Assembly (NCBI GenBank): GCA_036172245.1
Contig: JAYWIR010000030.1
Coordinates: 496,001-560,000, forward strand
DNA length: 64,000 nt
Source of the DNA: Raillietiella orientalis
Taxonomy: Eukaryota
Reading direction: 5' to 3'
Shown here: positions 1 to 12,990 of the stretch, in pieces
Numbering within the stretch: the first letter of the stretch is position 1
Layout of the letters: each line of letters starts with the position of its first letter
Position numbers and translations under genes: made by a program
Notes under the pieces: model-generated
Databases searched by the model: none
Seen by the model: only the letters and a program-made list of their open reading frames with translations
What the model was told of the DNA's origin: nothing

Positions 1-1941
1 TGGAGCAGAAGTTCAGAATCAGCTTTTTGTTGTCACGTACTCTGATTTGAACTCCCTGCATGGATTCAATGATTCTTTCTGGTTTCCATGTGCCAGAACT
101 TTTAACATCATTTAGTTCATCAGTTAACTGAAGTTTCAATGAACTCATTGCCACACTGGATTTCCATATCTGTCCAGCAGAGTGACAGCTGATTTGTGTG
201 AATTGTGATCTGATGTTATTTAAAACTGGAATTTCCTTTGTTTACTCAGCTCTTTGGTTTTGTTACTTTACCTGTGAGCCTCATTTTAAATGCAGTACGT
301 TTTCCTGAAAACTTATTTGGAGCTAAAAGCGGGAATTTCCAGTTTGCTAATCCTGAATTGATTACTATTCGAATGAATTAAGTTCGATTAATACAAATGA
401 ATCAAAATGCTGAACAATCAAATAAGGCAAAATGCAGATGAAATTCGATCATGCTTTTGGAAAACTCGATGTGCAAACTTTAAAACATGCATTTCTATGC
501 ATGTTCATTATCTTGGGTAAAAACATGCAAAACGCCAGGATGTGAGTGAACCACTATTTCTTTTGTTTTCAATAATTCATAAAATCCATTGTGTATTTGT
601 GCGTACATTGATCCCTCCGGGTGACAGAAGGGTTTCCATGACCCCTTCAACGAAATATCCAACTCAGCATGCATGCACTTTCATTTAATTGAATATATCT
701 CTACAACTTTACGTTTTAGCATCCCTTAATTTTTAATATGAAGATTTTTTTTTTTTTTCCCCACCTTCAAAATACGTGCGCCATTTCCTCTGAATTTTTC
801 GACCCGACGATTGGATTTATTCACCTCAGAGAACATGGCAGTGGCCGGCACGAAATGGCCCAAAACCCGCCGCAAAAACCAGTCCGGCTTTCATCCGTGG
901 ATGCTGCAACGTACCTGCCTACAGTCGGTCCAGCGGTTGGATTCTGAACGACGGATTTTCACCTCAATCGTTCCTCACTTTCTGCATCCCTCCAGAAGAG
1001 TGCCCACGCAAGTCAGCAATTTTCCATTCAGCGTGGTTTCGGAAGGGGCAGCAGCGACCAGCTCTGAAAATTGGAAGAACACAGCACCTACTACGGACCG
1101 GCCTCCGCGAGCCACCCACTTTGGCCAGTTGTTGACTCTTTGCTGGAACTAAAGGCAACGATTTCACACGGTAGAGGTCCATGTGGAAAGTGAGTTGGAC
1201 CTCCTCATCCATGTCATTTAGGCAGGCGCCCCCTTTTCATCGCTTCTAAAAGATGGACTGTTTGCGTGGAGATGAGATCAGCTGAGGTCGCATCCCGAGC
1301 CAGCTGCCGGCGTGCTCGACATGGCCCGTTCAATGACTGCAGCTGAATCTGCTGCTTGGGAACCGTTCGAAATCTAGTGGCTGGAGGATGGAGCTGTTAT
1401 CAGGTGCGTGGTCTGTTATTTGTGCAACTTGGCGATGGAGCAGGTGGAGAGCTCATTTGATGCGCGCATGAAAGTTCGTAGCCACTGATGAATTTTTGTC
1501 TCAAATGTCAGGAAAGTATTCTTCAAGATTTAACCCGGAACATTCTGAGCATTTGCGCTGACTAAGTAGCAAAACATATTCTGAGAACTGTCATCGAGGA
1601 TGAAAGTATTTAGTCATTTTATGAAAGAGGAAATGGAAATGAAATCGACTCCTTGTAACATGATGTGTGCAACAGGGGTGGGACAAAAAAAAAACAAAAA
1701 CATGCATATGGATTTGTGACTGTAGGAAATTAGTCAGCTTTTCTTCTGAGAGTCAATGAAGGGAGGAAGTGCAAGTTAGATTCCAGGCAATAGCGATGAT
1801 CTTTTTTTCTGTGAATGATGAATTAAGAGAAAGGTTTTAAGTCCCCTGCAGAGATGCTGCAAGCAAAGCATCAATACTCGTGCACACTTGTGTTCATCAC
1901 ATCAGCTCGAGAGGTGTTCCTAATCAAGGCGAGATTTCCAG

Positions 1942-2330
1942 AGAATTAACATAATAAATGATATGAAGAACACTGAGGGTATGGTGCACTATATTTATCA
2001 AACCCAGGGGAAGTAATGTGGTCGAAACCAAAGAGATGCAACAGTTCAATCAAACCATTCCTTTGCTTTGTTCGATGCTCCTTCATCTAACCAATGCCAA
2101 GGTAAATGTTCCAAGGATATCTGCGTCCCAATTTGGAAAACTTTCTTCTGTGTTTTGATTTTCGTCTAGCATGCTTGAGAGCATTATGAATGCACTCATA
2201 AAATTAGGGAATGGTTTGATCGAACTGTTGCATCTCTTTGGTTTCGGCGGTATTACTGTCCCTGGGTTTTGATAAACATAGTGCACCACACCCTCAGTGT
2301 TCTTCATATCACTTATAATGTCAGAATTCT
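1942..2330. mobile_element. MITE/foldback-like element with ~120-bp imperfect inverted arms (1942-2061 and 2208-2330) and a 146-bp spacer
   Basis: Left arm GATATGAAGAACACTGAGGGTATGGTGCACTAT...GAAACCAAAGAGATGCAACAGTTCAATCAAACCATTCC is the reverse complement of the right arm with scattered mismatches. No credible coding frame and no clear TSD. Confidence 0.6.
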
Positions 2331-5300
2331 AATGAATCCGTGATCTCACTAGTAGCTTTCTTTCTTTCTTTCTTTTTTTTTTTTTACTAAATGGTAGTTT
2401 CATCTATTTTGTTCATTGGAATTTCCTACCCTGATTGCATCATAATTCATCCATAATGCTTTGCGGTGAAGCATGTGTGTCACATCAGAATGGAATCATG
2501 CCGTTGTGCTGAACATTCAAAATGGTTGAAAATGTGATCCTGAATCTGTAAACATTAATTCAATTACCAAAATGGTCCCAAGATAAACTTTACAAGCATA
2601 AGCTGCACATGTTTGAGACTCGAAATACGATGGCGAATTGCTTTTCGAAATAGAAATCCCCACAAATAATAAAATCAGATGAATACGAAATGCTTTCGTT
2701 TTCTTTTCTTCTTCTTTTCAAATTGTGATTTAATATCATTTACAAGTTTTTGAGATTCATAAATGACGTGTTCAGCACTCATATAAAGGCGCCTCAACAT
2801 TCCAGTCTGGACCATACTGATGGCTTTTCTCAAACTCAGTTAACATCAATTGCGAGACCTGGACTATAAATTACGAAAGCCGTAAGCAGCAGTCTTACTT
2901 TCAGAATAGCATGAAATTCAGTTAACCTTATAAATGACGCTACAGAACCCTAAAAGCAAAGGAACTCAGTGAAAAGTAGGCAAAAAACCTTGATAGCAAT
3001 TTTTTCCCCTTTTCTTTTGGAGTTAGGGTTTTCTAAGAATCGCTTTCGAACACAGTAAACAGTGAGCTATCCATCTATAGTCTTTTAAATCGGTGATTCA
3101 TTCCTTGTGGATCACATTAAAACAAAAACAGAAACAAACAGCACACAAAGATCTCATCGAACTGCTTTGTAGGGTTCATTTCACCGAAAATTCGAGGTGC
3201 AACAGGTCGGAGAAGCTTTTCTCTGCCAGCATGCACAGTTCCAGTTCAAAATTATGGTTTAAAACGCGCGAAGTTTATGAGAGGTCCAAAGAAAGGATGT
3301 AGCTAAATTCATTCCTCACTTATCCATTTCACCGAGGATCGCTGGAAATGTGCTTTATAATGAACCTACGGTTTCCGTTTAAGCAACAGAAGATTTCAGG
3401 TAAAAAGGAAAAGCCTGCTGGTCCTGCTGCTGACCTTCCGGCTAAGTACCAAACATTTTCATCTTTTGGGGGAATTTCGACGCGCAGGCCATTAACAGGG
3501 ATGTTGGATTTAATTTGTGATTCCATTCCTTTGATTTTTCATTCTCTTGGAATATTGCTTGTTTCACGAGAATCACGTGCTTTGACAAAGATTTCGTGTC
3601 TTAGCATTTTTGTTTCTTTTCGTAAGGACACTATGTTGAAGAAGTCGTCCGGGAAGGGCTAACTTTTTTTTTCCTTTCATCAGCAAAAAGAACAAAATCG
3701 CAATCGACAGTGTGAGAAATTTCGAGGAATTTCCACGAATTCGTGATTAAAAGGTGAACAGTACTTGGTAATCCTGGGGAATCACCCGCAATTTAAAAAT
3801 ACTTCACGAATACTCGAACGATTTCTGATTCAAAGATTTTCTCGTTGCACAAAACTGTGATTTCTTTTCAGGCTTCAAGAAAATCGTTCCTTGGAGATTT
3901 TCTAAGCTCTGCAGAAGCGGTATTTCAAAATCAATTCGTCTTTTGGTATTTCAAAATCAATTCCTGGAATAATGGTTTGAATCATTTCTACCTGGTTTCG
4001 GATTCCTTCTGCATAACGGCTGCTGTAGATTATTATATATCACGGCAGTTACATTTTCGTTATAATTAATTTGTGAAAACATTAACCATATGAACATTAA
4101 TGTAGAGAAGTGCGGGGACAAATGATCGTATATCATGGAAGGGGGTTAATTTGAAGGTGGTCTTCAACACAAAAATGAAACACATTTCAATATCAGAAAT
4201 CTTACGTAATTCGTGAAATCACAAAAAGCAAACAAACCGGAAATCGTGGTTTATTTTTTATTTTTTTGAGGTAATTCTGCACTCATGCGGAATGAACGGC
4301 ATGCGTGCAGAATTTCATTAGCCACATGAAATCCTTTGCAAGATCCAAAACAATTTGCTGTTTACTCAAAAAAAAAAAATCAAGCATCAGGATGTATCGA
4401 AAATCTTACTCTCTTTTGCAGTGAAGGATCATGTCTGCAGATAAATTTTAGCAGAATTTTCGCCCCCCCCCCCATACACACAAAAAGCCCTGAGTTTTTC
4501 AGTTTTCTTCTCGAATGCAAAGATTTACTATAACTTAAGTATACGCCTAATGAGGTTTATGACGACCGTTTCGACTGGCCTTTCCTTTCGGTGCCTGTGG
4601 TTTGTAGACTGAGGACAAAATTGTCGGAAAAGGTTAGCAATAAAAGCTATCAATTTCACCACCGGGGTTTCCGCCGCCATTTGCTTGAAATGCCAAATAT
4701 GTGCATAAATCGGGAAACGAACCTGGCAACAACTTGATCAACACGCGCAGAAGGGTTCATAGTATCAGCGAAATGTCACTGCAAACATGTCCGTGCATCG
4801 CTCATGTCCATGCATCGCATAAAAAAAGCACTTTTTTTATCAGCTGACACATCAGATTATTAACGGAAGCTATTTTTCTTAATATTGGGAAATGGTAGAT
4901 GCGTGTGTGTGTGTTTTTTTTTTCAAGTGCCATTACCTTTATTCTATACATGGACCAGTTAGGATTACACGTGATTTTCTGGATATGGTAACATTTATGT
5001 TCCATTCTATCTATCTATATATCATATTTCGAATGGAATACAGTATGAGGCACGTTAAATTTCTGCATTCTCTGAGGAATTGCATTTTTATTGTGGTAAT
5101 AAAATTACGTATATCAATGCCATGCAGTCATCTTAACTCTGGCTAGGAAAGGAATGGCCGAAGTAATGCAAGCATTTCTCGAACGAATTCGGGTCGGTTA
5201 GAGGAAGGAGTTCATGGGTTCGAGTTTGGGTTTCAAAGATTAAAGGAATTCCTGTTGAGGGGCAACAACATCCCATGACCATCCCAAATCGGTAGTGCGA

Positions 5301-7308
5301 TTCCCTGTTCGCGAAGCTTCGCGTTTCGGGACGCGAGCTGCTTTTCCCCCTTCTCTAGTTGGTGATTGAGACGAAACGAGTAAAGGCACTTTCAAGCAAT
5401 TTGAAAAATTCTGCTGCCTGGAATGTGATCCGTGATGAGCTTCAGATCGCAAACTGAGTGTAATCGCGCTTTGCCTGCCCAGAAGATGGAGAACCGCGCC
5501 CCACGAATAGCGAAAACACCGCCAGATATTGGGAATGAATATCCAAGGCGACGTGCCTCATCCAGCTGCTCAGCTGGCAATGTGGATCAAGGATCATCGG
5601 TTGTCTGGTGATGCTGCTTTGTTCCACTGAATTTGCTACTTTGGCGGAAAATCCATATAATGTATTCAGGACGAAAGGAACCTTTCGAAATTGTGCTTTG
5701 GGATTTCGATGTGTTACAGGATGCTGTTTCTGTGCGTCGGTGATCCAGTAAATTATGGAAATTCTTGCGTCTTATGTTCCAGCACATGGAGGACTGCGAT
5801 GTAAGGAGACATCTGCTTCATTTGGCAGCAAAGTAACTTAACAGAGAGATTTAACAACTGCGAAAGTTTGCTTGCTCCATTACGAAAAGAGTAGGAAAGT
5901 GTGGACGTCGTCTAAGATCAGTGATACCGTGTAAGCGAGCAACGCCGGTGGAATTTTATGCTGCAAGCTGAATAAATGTTTTCAGATACATTGGAAGATA
6001 AAAAATCTAGAATCTTGAATGATGGCGGCGGCAATGACGATATAACGGGATGGGGAGGTCGGGGTTCCTGATGCACTGTCGGGATCGGGAGGGAACGACT
6101 GCCTGTTTGTAGAATGACAGAAACTCTATTCGGCTCTTTCGAACTCTATTCGAAAGTCGTTGCATTGTGTCTTTGTCGGAACGAACAATGAGAGCTTGGC
6201 GTTGTTTTTGTTTTTTTCTTTCTTTTTCAATTTCTTCGGAAAAGTTGCTCCGTATTTCTTATTTTAGATTCGCATTCCCCATATTCCTCTAGGGAAAAGA
6301 GAAAAAAATCAAGGAGAAGGAAGAGGCAGAAATAAATCGGTATTTACTTATTCTAAGGGAAAGGAAGAAACCTTGATGTTTTTTCATCGCCTCATGCCAA
6401 CACGAGTGCCTATTGCACCTGGGAAATAAAGGCACTTCGGCCTTTTTTTTCAATTTTGCACTTTTTTTTTTTGTTCTTCCTCGAAATCTGCTCACTAAAG
6501 TGAGGATGACATTATGCCTTGAAGAACAATGCCAAGAACGACATTATTCTCGAAAGGGGGAGATGATGAAAAAAAAAAGGAAAATCAGAGAGCAGTCTAG
6601 AGCACGCCAGGCTGAATGAGAATCTCTTCGAAGTGAAGCCAAAGAGAACAGGAATCGCATTATCCACGTCTCGATTTTCCCGAATAAATTCTGATTGGTT
6701 TCCGTGCTATCAAGCGACAGTGGCGCATTTCCACATTCAGATGGAATTCTCCGGTTTCACAATAACAGAAAGAAACCGCTTCATTTATTTGGGGTGGATT
6801 GGGGAGGAAGCGGACTGAGCAAACGGCGAGTGGATTCCCAGATAAGGAGAAAACTTCCTTATCGGGTTATCCCTATTCTGTCAACATAGCCAGGAGGAAA
6901 TAAAAGGGCGTCCCTCCCCCCCCTCCGCGCACCTGGGATACAGGATTCGCGATGCGCGGTGAGTTTGCCGCACGTTTCTCCAGCCAGAGGGGAATTTTTC
7001 CGGGAAGCGTGGTCGTTCATAGATGATGTGCGCGCGCGAAAAATGCAACGAGTTCTCGCCGACTTCCTCGTCACGTCGGTCGGTTGACGCACTGATCCAG
7101 CGAGTGCTCTCTAGCATTACTAATTCACTGAATGGGGAAAGATCTGGGCCCGACGGCGAATGAGGACCCAGACGCGTCACGTGTCGCCTACTTTGTCTCT
7201 CGTGATCTATACAGGTGACGATGACGTCTCTGTTCCCGTTGTGTCTGAAGGTGAAATCCATGCTCTGGAGCAAAAACGCTTGCCTGAAACGGCGGCAACA
7301 ACGGATAG

Positions 7309-7362
7309 GGAGGCGACAATGGAGAGGGAGGCAACAATGGAGAGGGAGGCAACAATGGAGAG
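7309..7362 (+). repeat. 18-bp tandem repeat x3 (GGAGGCAACAATGGAGAG)
   Basis: Read directly. It gives the EATMER repeats in ORF 7160-7945. Confidence 0.85.
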
Positions 7363-10300
7363 GGGACAACAAACGCGAGGGCCGGAACGGCACGGGACCA
7401 TTCCGACGACACTCGTGCCGCGGCGCTCTTGCAAGCGGAACCCGATGCATTCTCTCCGCGGAGGAATTTCCTTTCGTCAGCCTGTCCCTGCCAGTAGAAT
7501 CCGCCTGCAAGTGGACTGCAGGCGGCGGAAAACGGTCAGCCGCGTGAGGATGATGCCGTGCCGCTGCGGACTCGTGTGCTGTTCGGTGCGAGGCGTGTCC
7601 TTCCCATTTTCGAGGAGAGTTCGGATCGGTATGGAGCGCTTGCCACCTCCATGTTGCTTTGGCACTGAGCATCTGCGGGGAGTAGGGGGACTCGAGGCAG
7701 CGGTCTGTTCTGCTGAAAATCCTACTCGATTCGAGTTTGGATCAGCTTGCCACATATTGGTTTCCATCCTGCAAAACGCACGCACCTGTATCATCACTAG
7801 CGCGTTTCACAATATTTCATTAATCAAAAGCTCTTCCAACTTTTCAACTCTTTCGTACTTCGAAAAAAAAAAAAAAAATTCCCATTCACCATCACTGAAA
7901 GCTAAACTTTTTTTTTGGTTTAGCACGAGAGGGTTGAACAGTTGAAAGAGCTTCCTGATTAATGAAATATTGTGAAATGTGCTGGTGATGATACAGGTAT
8001 GTGCGTTTTTTTTGTTTTTAAAGGTGGCAAAGGTGTGTTTCTCGTGGTGACTTGAAGTGGTTTATGGGAAATTCCTGGAGAGTTGCGGCTCGATTTCGTG
8101 GATTTCGCAGTGGCGTGAGGGTGCGAAAACAAGGTGAGGTGGGCGCGACGATGGATGCCTCCAAGCTGGGTGCTTGTGTGGAACGCTCCCTCGAAACGTG
8201 CTGGAAGAGTGGCACCCTCCAAGAGCTCTTCGACTTGGCGACGGGGAAGGAGGGAGGTGAGCGGCTGTGCGGCTTCCCTGATGCCCGTGTCCTCGCCAAC
8301 AAGTGGAAGCTGCACGACCGCTTGCTGCTGGCTCACTGCGCAGCATCTGCCCGCACAAGAGGTTTGCGGCATCAGTCTGAAAGGCGGACTTTTGCGGAAG
8401 CTGAGCCACGGCCCCGAAAACGCGCAGACCACTTTCCAATAAAATCCAATCCAGGGAACTGCCTTTCAGCGGGTCTTACGACACACCGAGGCATCCGGAT
8501 TTCGGGAAACTGGCGCCATGGGGCCTATTTAGGAGCAGCGGTTCACACGTAAACGCAATCCAACTGGAAGGAGAGGGATGAGCGGGCATTTGCAATAGTG
8601 GATCGGACGAAGGATACGCTGGGCTCCGTTTCCATGGAATTCTAAAAAAAAAACAAAAAAAAAAAAGAGGAGGAGGAAGGGGGGGGGGGAAAGCGCGCTC
8701 CAAAAAAAAAAAAAAAAACAACAACAACAGAAAAGTAAAATGAAGGCGGACACTTTCAAAACTGAGAAACCAAAAGGAAGAAGAAGGAGTACCAAAAAAC
8801 AGCTACTGACAAAAAGTGAAACATGGAAAAATCAGAAGATTTCCTGTTCTTCATGATGCAATCTCCGTTTCTCTCTCTCTCTCGTTTGAAGCATCTTTAT
8901 AAGGTGCCTTCAGTTTCTCACGCAGCGCGTGGAAAAAACAAAAAGAACAGAAGACAAAAAGAAGAGAAAAAGAAAAAAAGGAATGAAAAAAGGAAAAAGA
9001 GCGAAAATCTTCCTGATTCCGTGCAGCCAAGATCGTTTCGGAATCTTCTAGGCGCATCTTTCGATCACGGATTCCTTCTCGAGGAGGCCTCGGGGTGCAT
9101 CAAGCGCCGATTCCGGCGGGATCGCGGAAAGCGAAATTCCCCTGTTTACGAGAGAGCTGCCGCGTCGACACCTGGTAATCAAAGAGTTGCGAAAGAGGGC
9201 GGCGACTTGGCGATCCATCTCGGGGGAGGAGGATGCAAGCAGGCTGACTCGACCGCAGGAGGAGGCTCGCCGGTTCCGGGCGCTAGCAGGGGCGCGCACG
9301 TCCCGGAAAGAAGCCTCGCCGACACGGGGGAACGACTACCCCCCCTCTCCCGGTCCACCAGCCCTCCTCCAGCTTCTTTCCGGCTCCCCGTCCTCGCAGA
9401 GCAGGGGAGGAAGATGCGGCTGGATTTCTCGTGGGTTTCCGAATCCATAGCAGACGTCCACTAGGGAAAGTTGCCGCCGTCCCGCGTGGTGCTGTGCCCA
9501 CTTGAGAGAACCGCGGGCAACGGAGAAAACAGCCCGAGGGGGTACCTTCAGGTTGCTCTGGCGGTTTCGTCCCGAAGGAGCTTCCTAGCTGCCTTCTCGG
9601 GAGGTTCTTCCGCTCGGCCTTGGTGAGGTCCGCGTGATCGACTGCGGGTGTCGGCGGCGGCAGGAAGTGCGGGAAAAGGTCACACCGAGAGGCCACACGA
9701 AAAAAGGGCGGTCTCTGGAGAGGGAGATGCACTGCTTTACGGCGGCCCGCGGCCCGCGGCCATCAGGAGCAGGGAGCATCTCGCCTCTTCGGTGGCGAGG
9801 GAGACGAAGAGAAGGAAGACGAAAGAAACGAGGACAGGGGGCTTGCATCCAGAGAGCACCCGCTCCCTCCTCTCTTCCGCGGATGCGCGCTCGCTTCCAC
9901 CAGGCAACCAAGAGTTCCGGCCATTCTTCCGAAGGCGAAAGGATGGAGCTGCGTGGAGGACACTGCGGTTTCTTTCCTTCAGGGAGTCCAATTTAATGCG
10001 CACATTCGTCCTTCGTTCTTTCTTTCCCGAAGCTGTTGCTACGAGGAGCTCTCGGAAGAAACCTGCTGACCCACCCTCACTGGTGGCGTCTGTGGCGTGA
10101 GCTTTTTTGCAGCCGACGCTCGGAAATCTCTTCCTCGGCTTCCGATTTCGGAGACGCTTTCGCTGATAAAATCTGTAGATCTCCGCAGAGCACCTGCGGA
10201 GCCACTAGCTGATGCCGCGCAAAAAAGCAACTGCAGGAAGCGGATGACTTCTCTTGGGAGGAGGGAATCGATTCTAGGCTAATGCGCGGCTCGCCGTGGT

Positions 10301-11139
10301 CTCGCTTCACCATCTCGGACGGCTCTGCCTTCAGCTCGACAGGCTGCATCTGTCCACAAAGAACATCGATCTGATCCCACTTGGACATCTAGAGAAGGTT
10401 GGTCTTTTCACCACCGTGCAGTCTTCCAGTCTTTGCACCATCTTGCATCTTGCATATCTTGTCTTACAGTTCCGATAAATGTTGAATTCTTCCAAATGCC
10501 AAAGGTATGGAAGATCGTGACCAAGTCTGTGGGTTCAATAAAAATAGCGGCCGCATGGGATGCACGAGTCGACCGTCAGGCGCCTCATCCTCGGCGAAAA
10601 TTGCCGCGGATCACCGAGATCTCCGAGACACCGCTTCGTTGGGAGCGTGGGTTCCGTGGATCCCACGAGGAAAACGCGAGCTTTGACCTGTTGACCCAGC
10701 CTAGAAGGTCTGCTGGCGACAGGCTGTTTATCCTTCGCTGCCTTCCGAGCTGTTTCAAATGGGCTATACGACATCCAGAATGACTACTCTTTTGCCATTC
10801 TACAGAATCAGGTCAGGACGTAGAGACAGTAACGGGAGTTTCTTGATTCTCTGACGCTGCCTTCTGTTTTGCAATCATCTTCAGCCTTTCCCCAGCTGCA
10901 TGATGCCTTGCTGCGTAGCCAACAGGGAATGCATCGTGGAGTGGTCCAGTACGTGAGGCAGTTTCCGCCAATATGACGCAGCGGCTGCAGGACGGGTCGG
11001 CCTCGCTGAACCTTCAGTGGTCGAGAGGTTCAGCACTTCTGTGGTCCTCAGAACGGAGGTGATCTCTTTTCGTGGTGAAGAACTTGACTCGCAATGCAGC
11101 CCAGCACGGCTCATGGATTTCCCCTATCTGGATGCTCAC

Positions 11140-11360
11140 TAACAAGGGAACTTCCTTGGCAACGAGTCGGAGAAATCATAGAGCAGGAAATTCCTACTCG
11201 AAACAGCAACAAGGAGCGGTCCCCTTGCGGGCTCTCGCCGGAGAAGGATCGGAGAACAAATTCCACGAACGGATCCTCTTCAGGTTCTCTTCGGAGAAGA
11301 AATGAGGAGTGACTCCCTCCGGAAAACCCCTCCGGAGAGAATAAGGAAGGGACACTCCGT
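11140..11360 (-). mobile_element. Partial copy of the tandem-array region of the L1/Tx1-like ORF2 subfamily
   Basis: Shares AAGGAGCGGT, GGTTCTCTTC, CCTCCGGAAA and AAGGAAG motifs with 12690-12890 and 63340-63520. Confidence 0.45.
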
Positions 11361-11679
11361 GCGGGTCAGCCTCTTCGTCGCCACGAGGCACAGGTACGTG
11401 ATTTGGAATCGAGGTGTCTCATCTCCATCGTTACGGAACACAGACAGAAGATCCATCAATTGATAACAATGGTCCAAAAGTAGGTGGATCCTGGCCAATC
11501 AGAAGCATAGCTCAGGCCATCAGAAACAGCACCTTGGACATTGGCTTGTTTTATTGTTTTTTTTCTTTTGTGCACGAGAACCACCTGCGGTCCCCAGATC
11601 GCCGCTAATTGCCCGCTGCCCGCCTCTGTTCCGCTGTGCCCGTTCGTCAGCGGAGCCTGCAAGAAGGAGCGGGAGAAGT

Positions 11680-11880
11680 CACATGTGTAGAGGGTGCTGG
11701 GTGCCAGAAAAGCCACCATCGCAAGTCCTCGGTCTCACCGCAAAGAACGAGCACCTGGCCAACGGAACCGAGAAGGTAGCCACCCGGTCAAGGCGGGCGC
11801 TAGAGATCTTCAAGCACGCCCTCCACACCGGGGATGTGCTCACGACCGCGTGCCCGGACCTGATTCTCCATAAAGAAAAG
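11680..11880 (+). mobile_element. Degenerate non-LTR ORF1 (gag-like) remnant
   Basis: Nucleotide similarity to 21110-21250 (AAGAACG...ACCCGGTCAAGG.GGG.GCTAGAG). That copy reads GYPVKVGARG...VCGTHRSGHLA, like the region around an ORF1 zinc knuckle. Confidence 0.35.
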
Positions 11881-12099
11881 TCAGGTCATCGAGGAAGAGG
11901 AGGAGGAGAAGGAAGAAAAGGAGGAAGGCGAGGTGAGTGGACCCCCTCAATGGATGTGGACTTGCAGGTCGCAGAAGGAGGCGGTGCAAGACAACCTCGT
12001 GTCGGGAACGCCGTCGGCGCTTCTCGGCTGCGTTGTCCGGCCTGCTTGGGTGCGAGAGTACGTGTCAGGCGGCTGGATTACCGGAAGGGCGGGACGCGG

Positions 12100-12990
12100 T
12101 CAGAGAACTCGCGAACCCTCCCTCGCGCGAATGCAGGATCGCCTGAAGCGGAGGACGACGTGGGGTGGATATGGGTCCCGCCGCGTGGGCCATCGGCTCT
12201 TGCGCGCGCGGCGACCACGGATGTAACATGCTCATCTGGACCGGGCGACCGGACCAGGGGACTCATCAAACTGTAATGGGGAATCTGATGCCAGCATTTG
12301 AAAAAGTATCAAAAGAGTGTGTGCTCGTACTCAGGGACCTACGAACCTCCTTCCGCGTAGGTGGACGTGGAGCTGCGATATCCGCGCGCGTGGCAACGAG
12401 CGTCGCGTGTTCGAATCCCCGATTGGAGGATCGACGCCGAGAAATGGCGAGTTTTCGAGCCCCCTCACTCCCCGTAGGATGACGCTGGCTAGCCCATTCG
12501 GTTGCGGCCACTGGCTGAAGCCGGAATCCGGAAGTTCCCTGCTAACCGACCGAGATTGGAAGTCGGCCTTACGGAGTCCGTTCGGGAATTAAGGAGCACC
12601 GGTTCCCTTCGGGGTTCTTCTCCGGCTGTGGGGATGGAACCGCAAAGTACCATGGAGCTGGCGGATCGATACCTCTCCAGAGTGTCAAGAAGCTCGCTGC
12701 TCCCTTCGGGGTGCGCCCTTCTGCAATCTGGAAGCGTCCTTCGGGGTTCTCTTCAGAGGAGGAGGAAACAAGGAGCGGTCTCCTCCGGAAAGAAGAAGGA
12801 AGAGGTTCCCCTACCAAGTGCAGGAGGAACGGACTCCTTTACCGGAACTTTTCTGGATTAGATGGTCTCCTTCCGGGGTACCTTCTATAACTTGAAGCGG
12901 TACACGTACTCTGGCGTGGCGTGGACGGTGTCGAAGAGCTTTTCGAGCTCCCCCTAAGGATGTCAACGGTCGTTCAGCACTCAGCAAATC
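12100..12990 (-). mobile_element. Degenerate L1/Tx1-like ORF2 C-terminal fragment (array-bearing subfamily)
   Basis: Minus strand reads FSASILQSGIRTRDARCHARG, homologous to the pre-zf-RVT segment at 17990, 55327, 61505 and 63130. Carries the ~40-bp tandem array. Confidence 0.6.
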
